From contig CDPCPM010000120.1 in assembly GCA_976551045.1 (NCBI GenBank), positions 930,001 through 994,000 on the forward strand: a stretch of DNA of 64,000 nucleotides, in the 5' to 3' direction. This document shows, one piece after another, positions 39,931 to 52,200 of this stretch. The notes below the pieces were generated by a model. That model did not search any database. It was not told where the DNA came from and saw only the letters and a list, made by a program, of their open reading frames with translations. Position 1 is the stretch's first letter; every line of letters begins with the position of its first letter. Both the position numbers and the translations under genes were made by a program. Source of the stretch: Glaucostegus cemiculus. Taxonomy: Eukaryota.

Positions 39931-40699
39931 TACTTGAATATTAGACCAGAGTGCAAATATACACCTCTTAATATCAGTTTAGGCTCAGTTTACAAGGAGG
40001 GTGGGTGGTAGCCTACTCTTGATAGCAGGTTTGCTCAGCCCGGATGGGTAGCATTATCTATAACGATACGATGTGTGCTGAATAAATCAAAGGGCTGTGA
40101 TAATGCTTTGGTATCACACGTTGCACCAGCACTATTTGGTGTCACTGAATATTAATGGGACAGGTTTAATCCCCTTGTTTCTTTCAGCCGTACACCCGGA
40201 ACTAACGTCACTGGTGGCCAAGGAGAAGATTGTTCTCCCTTCTCTCTCTTGGACACATTGCTTAGGTTTAATTGCAAAGGAAAAATTGGGGAGGGCGGTC
40301 CAGGGAAAGGAGTGCCATGGAGAGATATAGATCTTAGAACAACGAAGGGAGATAACTGCTGCCATTTACTATCAAGAGTTATTTATGCTTTTTTTTGTAT
40401 AAGAAGTCAGTGAAACATTGCAGTAGAGGAGGCGAACAAGAGCAACTTGGCTGTGGCCACACTATGATAGTCCCACTCCCCCTTCTCTTTCCCTGTATTC
40501 CTGCAGTCCTGTCCTTCTTAAGAAATATGCATTCTCCTTTGAAAGTCACCGTTGAATCTTCTTCTGCTCCAGTATTATCATTGCCCATCTGTAAAGAGCT
40601 GGACCAATCTCAGTCCTCTTCTTACACACCCTTTCACCCCAACCACCACCCCCCACCCTCCTCCACCCAAGGGACATTGGAGCTCCTGTCCAGCGTTGC

Positions 40700-41060
40700 A
40701 CAGTTCCAGAGAGGAGAATTGAGCTCACAATTAATCTGTCATATGACACTGAACGTTAAGTCACCGGCTGTCATCTGCCTTTTTGTCTTGTCACTATTTG
40801 CAAATTTTGCAACACCTCCTCTGATGGTCAAGCATTCAGGCCATCAACGCTGCTGTGTGACCGGTCAAAACGTAATGGATTGGTCTTGTTCTCCAGTTTG
40901 TCTGCCCACATGGATAATACCCTGCTTTTGCAAAATACTCCATCTACTGGCCTCAGTGAGAACGAACAACCGCTTCAACTTCACTGAAAGGCAGCATTTA
41001 GACTGGGAACTTTTGGTTGGAAATCCAGCAACTGTCAATGATTCAGATCCAACCAAAACA
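40700..41060. promoter_or_regulatory. Candidate enhancer with clustered TALE (TGACA) sites
   Basis: CTGTCA at 40736, 40768 and 41032; palindrome TGTCATATGACA at 40737-40748; TTGTCA at 40788. Confidence 0.5.
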
Positions 41061-43055
41061 AAAGCTAATGTCCCATCTAAAAGTTTTCATTGGAATATTC
41101 CAGTTGCAAAACTTCCTATAAAATCTGCACCTAAAATCTGCAGTGGGTGTTTGTTTTGACCTTTCTGTTTCTTTGCACATGACCTCCATTTAGATGTGCC
41201 TTCAAAGTCCATTGATTCCAGTCAAAAATATATCTGCAGCTACCCAGGTTGCACACAAACTTAATATTACTTTGTTCTGTACTATGATTCAGTTCGATGG
41301 CAAGTGTGAACATGGGGTAAACTGAATTCCGTTTGGATCTGGTAATCGTAACTGAATTGCTCTCATTCTGCACAGGGTCACTTTGTGCATTCTGACTGTG
41401 GAACAGATGTTTGTTTACTGATGATTTGATTTAATGATATCTGCACTGCTTGTTAAAAGGACCCTCGCCATTTCCCTGAAGAACATCTCTTTCTTCAGTT
41501 GCTTAGCTAGTTTTAATGCCTGAAGCAGCTTTTCAACTAGAGCTTAGGCAAGACAAGTAATTGTGTTGGGTGACATTTTTTGACAACAAGATAAAATGCA
41601 AATCTTTAGAGGATTCTTCCCTTCAATAATCAGTATATAGATAGAAAATATTTTATAACGCACCTTCTAAAACATTGGCAAGATTATTACAATTCAGTTA
41701 GAAGGTCCATCCTGAAATAAGAATGCTTACTTCAGAATAATAATAAGGTATTTGGCAATGACTATTTTGCATCAGAAATCTGTCATGGAATTGTATGTTT
41801 TTTTCTGGGCTCCTGGATCATTCTTGTTTTTTTCTCCCCATCCCCCAATTTCACAGCCATGAGACATTTGTTACATGCCATTCGCATGAGTTGTATTTCT
41901 TGCACTAAGTTGGACATAAAAGACAGTGGAGTAAGTTTGGCACCATTTCAAATGCAAACATTTGGCCCCTGCATAGAGATTGCTAACGTTTTAGATAGTA
42001 AGAAATATGAGGGAATTTTTCGGGGGGGGGGGTGGGGGGTTGTTGGTGGTGAGTTTGGGTCGGGAGGCATTGCTGCTAAATTAAAGCCAGACCTGTGACG
42101 ATTAATTTCAAATAGCTCTTAGGAAGTGATTTTTATCTGGCTTTTTGGGAAGAACAAGAGAGTGGCAATTTTCTGGCAACAGTGATAGACCGTCAAACTG
42201 TATCATAATTTGTCAAATCAGAAGCAGAATCCAAGGTTGTCACGATTTTTCCTTAACTGCAGCACTTTGGTGGTGCACAGGATGCACAATGATTGTCAAA
42301 CTTTTTTGCATAAGAATCTGCAACAATAGGTTCTCGAGAAAAGTATTAATTTTTAAAGCCCTTAATGGATTGGACTGGCATCCCATTACCATTTTAGGTC
42401 CTTTTCCACCTTTTCATTTCCCAGAACAACAAAATATAGAAGTGCAGATGTACCTTTCATCACAAAATCAAAAGTGTATGTGGAAAGAATTTGCCTACCT
42501 TCACTCACGTCTTTGTGTACCCCCATCCCTGATGGGCATTTGCCTTTTTTTCTGTGCCCTGGGTGTGGAAATCTCAGTTGAAAAGGTCACTGTTGCCAGT
42601 CGCTAACCTCCAAATGACCCCTTGACTTTACAGTCTAAAACTGCAGGAGCTGCGAAGGAGCAGGAGCCTTTCTGTACCAGCACTTATTTGCTGCTGTGGT
42701 GATAAAACTTCAGACAGCCTAATTGATGGGCTTGCTGACATAACAATACCTTGTGAAAGCAGAGTGGCAAAGCCTGGTCTTCATTTATGGACAGCTGGAA
42801 GGGGTGTTACAACCCCTTTCAGAAGAAAGCAAGCTAGTTGAAGCAATGAACTTTTACCATGTTTGTGCCTCTTGCCCAGACATTCCATTTTAAACACTAA
42901 ATATATTAAAATGGTTGACTGTAAGAGGACTTTAAATCAACAGATGACATAGTGGGCAGCTGATTCTTCTGTGCCTTTAACAAATTAAAATGAGGGAAAA
43001 GCAACTGTGTTTTCAAATTGAGGAGTAAAATCTACCCTTTTCCTGTTTGTCTTAG

Positions 43056-43114
43056 GTTCATTAATGCCAGGAGAAGAATAGTACAACCCATGATCGACCA
43101 GTCAAATCGAGCAG
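43056..43114 (+). CDS. MEIS2: MEIS2 exon (59 nt), homeodomain helix 3: (W)FINARRRIVQPMIDQSNRA
   Basis: Acceptor tgtcttag|GTTC. The first G completes the TG|G Trp codon. Ends at a non-canonical GC donor, CAG|gcaagt. Confidence 0.96.
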
Positions 43115-45175
43115 GCAAGTCTCAAGTAGTAAATGTATTCAAGTCCCGCAGGCACAAATCTTCATCAAGTTATTCATCAGGAGTTCCTTCACCTGGTAAA
43201 TAAACCCAGCAGCCAGGCATTTCCGGGAGAGCTAACAATCCAGAGTTCCAGTGCAGGGAGAAACCTCACTAACTGATGCCAACTGGAATTCCCACCCTCA
43301 CTTTCTCAAAGCTGCTTTTATTTCTTTTTAATAATGGTAATTGGGCAAATATCCTTGCACCACAAATAGCTTTGCTGAGTGGGTGCTGTTGCTGCAAAAT
43401 CACTGGTTGTCTCTCAGCCACTGATGCCTTTCCTTACTGCTCACAACTCCTGGGTGAATGCACTGTTATTATTGCCATTGCTGCTGTTTTTTTTTACTGT
43501 TAATGATAGCTATGGATCCCTTAAAATGATTACAGTTAAAGTCAACCGAAACATAATGCCCCAGTTAGTAATTCTAAAGTAAAATGTAAGCTTGAGTGTC
43601 AAGTAGTGTTCCCCATCATACATCTCGTTACTCTATTGTCACATTTGATGAGGGGAAGGAAATATACTCCCTAATTAACCCGTGTAAATTTTTCTTTATT
43701 TCATTTTATTAATCCTTGAGATAAAAACGTTTAATTTCAGTCTGATCATTTTTGTTTTAATTTGGCTTATACACAAAATTGAATCTGCAAGCATGTTGTG
43801 CAGACCATGGAGTTGTGTGCTTCTGCATTGGTTTGCCAGAACCTTTATTGAAGTCTTTTATTGTCACTCACACTGCTTTGATTTGATGTTGATTTGCACC
43901 CGCTGCTTTACTTCAATATGTAGAGTGCTTCTTATTTCTGTGAATTGTGTGCAACTTGTCAAACGTGCTTCTCGGGGATCAGAAGTGGTATTGTGGTGTG
44001 AACAGAACAGGATGGGCAGGAGCTGTGGCCCAAATTTCTGTGTCAGCCAGAGAGAAATTTGGTTTTACTTGTCAGGGGAGTACGAGTTAACCTCAGTGCT
44101 GCATGACAAGACTCAGTAAATTCAAGATAGTGTGAGAAAGTTTTCCTCTCTCACTCTGTGGAAGGCACTGACTCTAACTGGGATTTGGATCCACAGGTGC
44201 CTTCTGAGTACCTTGCCCAAGTGGGTTTCTTCATGCGTGAGAGGCATCGCAGTCAAACCCCATGCTTTCATTACCCAAAATCAACACACACATACACTCA
44301 AGAACAGATTATTGGAAAGAAGCTAGGACTGGTAGGCTTGGCTGATTTTTTTTTCAATTTTCCCCCTGTTTCCAAGCTCAGGAAAATTATTTTTAGTGCT
44401 CCTTCCTTTGGCTGAGGTGAGTGAACTCACCGCAAGCCACAGTTTCGAAAAGGAAAAGGTTGAAAAGGTGTAGGGGTAGGGACCTGCCATAGCATAATGG
44501 GCTGAATGGCCTTCCCTTTCCGCTGTGGACTTCCCTGATCCTATCAATCTGGGCTGTAAAGGTCGGACCCGTAGTACAGCATGCATTTAATAAGTTAAGG
44601 ATTTAAGGAACTGCCTGTGTAATTCATTTTTAATCATCATAAATTGCATTCTATTCATAACACTATTCTTAGTTTTATGTAATTTGATAGTATTGATCGA
44701 ATAAATCCATTAAATGTTAGGCTGGATGTCTTCATACTTAGAGTGCAATTAAAGAAGGTGTAGACAATAGTCACAGTTAATTATCAAGGGACAATCAGGG
44801 CACAGTGCCCGACTAAGTAATCTTTAATTTAAGAGACACTGACTGCATAAGCAGAGAAAATACCTTATTTTTGGACAAAATAAGTTTACGGATCTTCTAG
44901 GCACTGGGGAGTGGAGCTGCCCTTTGGAGCACTCCATTGTTTGCACTTTTGTGATATAAAGTTGCACCTTTGATATGCTTGTAGCTGCTGGGAACATTCA
45001 AATCTGGGGATACGGTGGGTTGCGGGGGTGATGGTTGATGGCTTAATTTATTTCTTTAATTCCGTTCAAGTTTCTTTTGTTCAACAACGTATTGCGTTTG
45101 CTGTTTCAGGAGTAACTGCTGATTGTTTGGTATGTCTTTTCTTTCTCCTCTGTGTCTACGTTTGACTACAATCAG

Positions 45176-45286
45176 GTTTTCTTCTTGATCCTTCAGTAAG
45201 CCAAGGAGCAGCGTACAGTCCAGAGGGCCAACCAATGGGGAGCTTTGTATTGGATGGTCAGCAACATATGGGAATTCGGCCTGCTG
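45176..45286 (+). CDS. MEIS2: MEIS2 exon with tandem acceptors at 45176 and 45197: (GFLLDPS)[30 protein letters not shown]
   Basis: Acceptors aatcag|GTTTT and cttcag|TAAGC lie 21 nt apart in the same phase. Donor CTG|gtaagc. Confidence 0.95.
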
Positions 45287-45551
45287 GTAAGCCAAATGCA
45301 GTTGGCCCACACCCTAGATGTAGCGTCATCACCTCCTCTCTCCCTCCCATCCACATCACCTGTCATGCCCTACCATCACAGGGTTTTCCTCCTTGCCTGC
45401 TGCCTGCCTTGCCTGTCTTCTTTGCACCCAAGGGGAAACAAATCTTGCAGACAAGAGATTTGTGAGGAATTTGTCCACCCCACGGATCCTAAAATACAAA
45501 AAAAAAATTAAAAAGGGGTCTTTTTCACTATCTACTAGTCGACCTTGCTGA

Positions 45552-45647
<96 letters not shown>

Positions 45648-47916
45648 CCTTCATCTAGTTAACCAATCGCAAAGCACGGGGGAAGTAAGTACGACCGGGC
45701 TGTTTATTCCGTCTATTACTGTAGTGCATTTTTTTAAAAATTCCCACCCACCCATTCCTCCAATTTTTTTTTTGCCTTGCCCGTATTTGCATGCTGTTCC
45801 AATGAAGGGCCAGTTGTAATTATTTATCTCATGACATTCGACACCATCCCACAAACTGCAAAAGGTCAGCTAACTAATTTACAGTATCCAGTGCAAATTA
45901 GGTCTGAAGTCATTCGGTTTAATTATGAAGCCCAGAGAATCAAACTCAAGCAGTGAATGAACAATTGGGACATTTAAGGGAAAAGAAACATCTTCAGGGC
46001 ACCCAATTGACTTGAGAGAAATTAACCAGGCTTCATGAAACGATAAAAGCAAGAAGTGAGACTGTCCTTTGAGTGACATAAATCTGTCAGGAAACGATTG
46101 ACTCACGAATTATCTTATGCAAAGATGAAATGTTACAGTTTGCAATCTACAGTCTGGATGTATGGTACTGGTAATACAACACTTTCCTCATTGGGGTTTT
46201 TTCCCCCTTGTGTAGGCATATCCATCACCTCCTGTGTGAGATTAAAAAAAAAGACAGGAAAATGTAAAAAGAAGCAGTGGCAGATATTAAGAGATGACTG
46301 CAAGTGAAGGAATGGATTTGCCAGTGAAGCTGATTGGCTGCAGTCTAAATAATCCATCAGTTGGAGTGTGTCCAATGTATGTGATGTTTGAGGAATTCAG
46401 ATACAGCAAACACCAATACATCACATCATTGAGGCATCAGACCATGAGGTTTTATTTAATAACTGAAACTCTTTGCGAACATCGAGCTGAATGCTTACAT
46501 CTAAAAAGAGTGGCAGACTATTTCATTATTAAATCGCCTTCAGTTCTCTTGTACTGGAAGTTGTATATTCTACCGTCATTAAAATGACCTTCCCTGGAGT
46601 CAGCTGACTGAATTGCTTCAGATCATGTAAAATAGTGCTTACAGTTTCATGTAAGATCTTTGAGGGGGTTACCATAATACACCAGTGATGGAGTCAATTT
46701 CCTTCCTTCCTTCCTTCTCTAATGCAGTCAACAAGAAATGTTAAAAGCAATGTTCCCTAAAACAGTCATTGAAACAACATTTTCTCAGCTTGGATAATTC
46801 TTAATATAGGCCATATAATTTCTGGCCTATTTAATTACATAACATATTTTATGCTTCATAACCAATTACATTAATAGCTTAATACAAACAATATTATCCT
46901 CCCTTTATTTGATTATGCAGCCAGACAATATGGTATATTTGGTACTTAATTATCATCATCCAGTGAGCATGCTGCTGTGCTAGAATAAACAGAACTGAGT
47001 TGGACTTATTACACAGTGCAGACTGTATTATTGTCTCAGTATGGATGTACCAGTGTGGTTACTAATACTCTGCAGAACTACTTAACACAATGACAACAGC
47101 TTATAGGTCTTTAGATTACCAGCTTATGTTATCAAAACAAAATCTGCACAATTCTGTTGGTAAGTTCTAGTGGATGAAGAGAGTTAAAGTTGATATCCTA
47201 TGATTTAGACATTGCGTTGATATATTAAAATGAATTCTAGCAAGATGAATGGACTCTATGATCTGATTGACATTTACTGACAGATCCTTCTCAATATGCC
47301 CACATCCCACGCTCTGAGAGCAACAGGTATGACCCCCCCAACCCCACCCCCCCAGCTTCCTTCTGTGACTCAGGTCTAGTTCTGTAAAAGGAGTCCAATC
47401 AAAATGCACGACTCAACATAAAAAATATTCAGAAAGTGCACCAAGAAACAATTTCACCAATTTTCCTAAAAAGACATTTCTTTAAAAAGAAAATTTGGAT
47501 ACACAGCATGTATGAAAGAGAGGGATACCAAGTGCAAGAGACTTTCTGCACATAGGTGCCTTCCTGATCACATGCCATGTTCCCCTCTGGTTCTGCTTAA
47601 TTTTCAGTATTTTTCTGTCATTCCCTGTATTCTTTCTGCCCGAAACTTGATCCTTCTTTCTTTCATGAACCTGTGACCCATGAGTAAGATTGAACACATG
47701 GTGATTAAATTAATCATTTTGACTTGTCCAGTGTGATTTATTTTTAGAAAATACACGTGATTATGTAATACATCAATAGAACTGCAATCCAATATGTATA
47801 GAGATGTATGCGTCCTGACCACATACAAATAACTAGTAATGAGACATAAGATAAGTTTCTGTAGAATATTTTTAAAAACATTAACACATTGTATTTGTTT
47901 GTTTCTGTCTTTTCAG

Positions 47917-48203
47917 GTTTACAAGGCATGCCAGGGGACTATGTATCTCAGGGTGGTCCTATGGGTATGAGTATGGCACAGCCAAGTTACACTCCTCCCC
48001 AGATGACCCCACACCCTGCCCAGTTAAGACATGGACCCCCAATGCATTCCTATCTCCCAAGTCACCCACATCACCCGGCCATGATGATGCATGGAGGACC
48101 CCCGCCTCACCCTGGAATGCCAATGTCAGCACAGAGCCCCACAATGTTAAATCCTGTAGACCCCAGTGTCGGGGGACAGGTTATGGACATCCACGCCCAA
48201 TAG
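47917..48203 (+). CDS. MEIS2: MEIS2 terminal exon, long C-terminus GLQGMPGDYVSQGG...GGQVMDIHAQ*
   Basis: Acceptor cttttcag|GTTTA in phase 1, matching the 45286 donor. Corresponds to ORF 47889..48203. M/P/H-rich MEIS activation tail. Confidence 0.96.
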
Positions 48204-49290
48204 TATAAGGGAAAAAAAGAGAACCACAAATGTAAGACTTTAACCTTTGAACAGATGTTGACACTTAATGGAATTCCAGACGAGCTGTGATTTTGTTTTC
48301 TCTCAACGTCAACAGAGGACCAATGACAGGCCGAGGCTAATGTGAAGCCAAAGGCCTTCTTCACCTGAACTTATCTCCAATGTAAAGTTCCTCTGGAAAA
48401 GACTGAAAGATTTATTACTACTGTAGCATAAATATAGGAACTAAGTTAACTTGTACATTTCTGTTGATCACTCTATTTCTGTTGCTTCCAATAGTTTTTA
48501 GAAAGAAAGTTATCCTTTTTCCACACTATGTGTGTTGTTCCCAAAATGGTTGTCCTCGTACAGCAAATGGAGTCATGTTTCCGACCAGATTGCCCAAGTC
48601 CAGCCAAGCTGCCATAGAGGAAGAAGCTAAAGCGAAGATCTGTAAGACTTTTTTTGGATGTGGCACTAGGTGAAAAGTTTTAAGAATGCACTCACATACC
48701 TGATTTTACTGGATCGAATAGGACCTGCTCAATCCAAGTGAAGGGCCTGTGTCCAATTATGTTCTGGACTGACTCTTCTTCAAAGAGCTTGTTGATGGAA
48801 CACTGAAGATGAAGTAGCAGCTTCCTCCTATGGCTGTGCGTCACAGCATTGAGAAAATGTTGTCACACAAGCTATTCAGAATGCTCTTGGGTAGAATTTT
48901 CTTAATGAAATATCCTTTAGCTGGTCTTGCACCAAAAGGAAGACCTTTTTAAATGAACTCAAACTGCTTGGAACAAGCAATGGCAACAAAAAAATACTGT
49001 AACATACTTGGTACAGAGAGTTCAGTATATTAATTGTTACATGTTAGATATCTATGTGTTTACCTCAATGAGAAATAACGAATGTTTTGCTAGTATCAAA
49101 TCTGCTGTGGAATTGGTATTGTATGTCAATGAATTCCTTACTTTTATCAGCACGTGTCACTAGAAGAAAATGCTGTTTCCCTTGCGAGCTTTGTCAGATT
49201 ACATAAATACTTGTATGAGGACTGTGACGTATGTTTAAAAGGTGTTCAGTCACAAATGCCGTAATAAATATTTCATTTTTAGATTTTTTT
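48204..49290 (+). other. MEIS2: MEIS2 3' UTR (3' end approximate)
   Basis: Follows the TAG stop, is repeat-free, and ends just after AATAAA. Confidence 0.75.
49263..49268 (+). terminator. Polyadenylation signal AATAAA
   Basis: gtAATAAAtatttcatttttagattttttt: the hexamer is followed by a T-rich downstream element. Confidence 0.75.
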
Positions 49291-52200
49291 CTGTTTGATA
49301 ACACACCTGTAATGACTTCAGCTTTCTTGAGACTTTCCAATGGACTCCACCAGAAGTATCTGCAGCTGCAGGACATTTTTCTGTTTTTTTTTAATTATTA
49401 TTGTTGGGTTAGTTCAGTCCTGTATGGTTCACATTGTTTGCTGCTGTAAACAAGCAGTTGATGTGAAGTTTTATGTTTGATCCCAGAAGCTGGTCATATT
49501 TGAAAGATATGTTTGCCACTTGTTCAGACATGGCCACTATTGGATTCAAAAGCAGGAAGAATTTATTTTCTTTCTGGAGAACAGCAACTGGGAAACCTAG
49601 GTTCACTTGAAAGAAACCTGTGGAGTATTTAAGAGGGTTTATATAATATATATAAACAGGGTATCTTATGTACAAAAGAATTTCTAAGTGTTATACAGCG
49701 TTTTGTATACAACACTCACCAAGAGACTAAGAATCCCAGTAAATTTATCAATATCTTGGTCACAGGTATGGGGTTTAATTAAAAAAAGTTCGAAAATGAT
49801 ACCAGCTGCCATATCCAACTTTCCAGAATTTTGTGTCTCTGCGTGTTAAGAGCTCATCCGTCACGAATTCCAGAATTTGCTTTCACTGGTTAACATCATG
49901 GAACCTTAGTTCAGTCGCACACCTTTTCCCAGTTCCAACTCTCCCCATCTACTTCCCAGTGTGAGGATAAAAGTATCTGTCAATCTCAAACCGAATCTCT
50001 CTCTCTCTCTCTTCCCCCCTTTCCTCTTTGGCCATGAAACCAAACGGGCCGAATTATTCCCGAATTTTTGCCAAGTCAATATGGTGGCGGGTGGGGGAAC
50101 AATGGTATTTATGGAAATATGGAAAATCAGATTGGCCAGCATTTGAAGTGAGTTATATTGTATCTAAAACCCTGGAGGTTTCTCCTTTTTGTTTACAGAG
50201 CTTCTTAATAAAAGTTTATTTAAAAAAATCAGAGCCTGGGTTGATACCATGAAAATGTGTTCCGCACAGAGTAATGGGTGAATGTTTAGACATTTTACAA
50301 TGTGCTGAGTATCTTGGGTTGTGGGAACGATGTGGCAGTGGCGATTCCAGTCTGCAAGCTGCAGGGACCAAGCGCACCGTCTGGTGTGTTTAGCCAGGAC
50401 GTTTTGGAAACTCTCCTGTTTAGAAATTCATTCATAATCATTTCATTTCCCGAACCATATTTTTCTCCTCCGCAGTTCAGGCACGATCCGAAAACTTCGG
50501 AGAGGTCGCAATTGTGAAGTTGCGGTAAAGGCGCTGACTGCGTTTTCTGCAGTAACCTGGGTTGCACATGATCAAACTCTGATCCGCGGGTTCAGACTTA
50601 CTGATCGCTTTTTCATCTTTACTGGAACCTCCCGAAGAGTCCCTAGAACGTCCTTTCGCTCATTTACTCGAGAAAGGGGAACTTGCTTTTTAACAACCCC
50701 TTTGCAAAGTGGTCATTCTGGAGAACCCAGGCCAAATTCGCATGTTCCTATCCACACTCCCCCTCACCAACCCTTGCTTTTAGTTCCATGCTGAATGCTC
50801 CCACTGTTTATCTTCTGTTGCTCCCTCTGAAGAGCAGCGAGACCCCCTGTAAGTGCTTATCCCGAAACAACGGTGCTTGCGCCCAATTAGGAAAGATACT
50901 TCTTCTCTAACTTTATTGCTTAGGAACTTTAAAAAAAACGATGGGCGGGGGGAGATACTTTGCGTTTTCCTGCCCTTGCACCAGGTTTGGGATTAAATCT
51001 GTTCTTCAATTACCACAAACGGTTTTAACCTGAAATCTAAGGTTGAATTGTTTTATTTTCAGTTTTATGTTTGCTAATAAATTTAAACAATAGTTTTCTT
51101 TTTGATTCTTGTGCGGAGTGCAGTCCGACTGTTTCAATGACATGCTGCTTGGGTTACTGATTTCAATGAATGATGCAAAATGAGCAACTGGATTGTCGTT
51201 CTAACTTGAAGGGTCCCTTGACCTATTTGCTCTTAACTTTAAAATCACAAAGGATGACGAAAAAATCTGGTGAGTTTATAATATTCTGTTGCATCTTCCC
51301 GTGCGCTTTAAATCTGATTCTTAGATGTTCTTATTTTCACCTAATTTTTTTTTTGAATAAGGTATTTTGCAATCTTTTACTGGAGGCTTATTTGTTGGAA
51401 ATAGAACGTGCATGAGGGAGATTGAAGACTCCACTTTTTAGCAAATGGAAAGTTGATATATTTGTCCAGGAAAAATAATGTGGGGGCTTTGTGCTGACGG
51501 AAATGTTGCCGTTCTCCGGATTGTCTGGTAGGATCTGAGAAAACGGAAAGTTTGATAAAGATTTGGTATCGACTGCACGGCTAAATGTATTCTTGGGGAA
51601 ATTGATTAAAATGAAACAAGCAGTTCCACTAAAGTAATTTAAGGGAGGAAATCTATAAAAATCAAAGTCCAACAAAAATACCATTTACATAATTGACAAC
51701 TGCAAATGCAAAACTATATTTTTTCACAATAAAAAAAACAAGAAAAGTCATCACATTTCTTAAGAATTGATTGCCAGACCCAGACCCAAATAAATTACTA
51801 CTGAAATAAATGACCAAGCAATAGCGTTTAATTTCTTTTGCTGCAGACTCGTTTACACTTAAGAATGTGTTAAAACCAGCGAAGGGAAAAAGAGCTGTAA
51901 ATTTGAATAGCCTGTATAAAGACTTTTCTGCATTTTGGAATTTTTAACCAACCATTTTAGCTGTAAACATGTTACTATGGAGACTCCTTGTATCCCAACC
52001 CCTAGAGCCCAGAGTGGGTCAGAGAAAACGCCGCTATTTCTGGAGATCATTTATCACTGTCACCAGATAATGATCCCCGCAGCAACCTCCTATTGATGTT
52101 TATAATTGCATTATCTCATATGGAATGATCAATGAAAACGGGAGCCAGGCATGGGATAATCGGCAAACGCCTCCAACAAAACAAAACTTCTTTGCTCTTT

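Noticed and set aside
40395-41159. 254-aa ORF, the longest in the track
   Set aside because: TTG start, no recognisable domain or coding-like composition, intronic, and overlaps a probable enhancer. Treated as a chance ORF.
45287-45465. Open-frame read-through of the intron after the 45286 donor ([10 protein letters not shown]...TRDL*)
   Set aside because: The donor is a strong canonical GTAAGC, and the peptide has no recognisable features or adjacent poly(A) signal. No support beyond an open frame.
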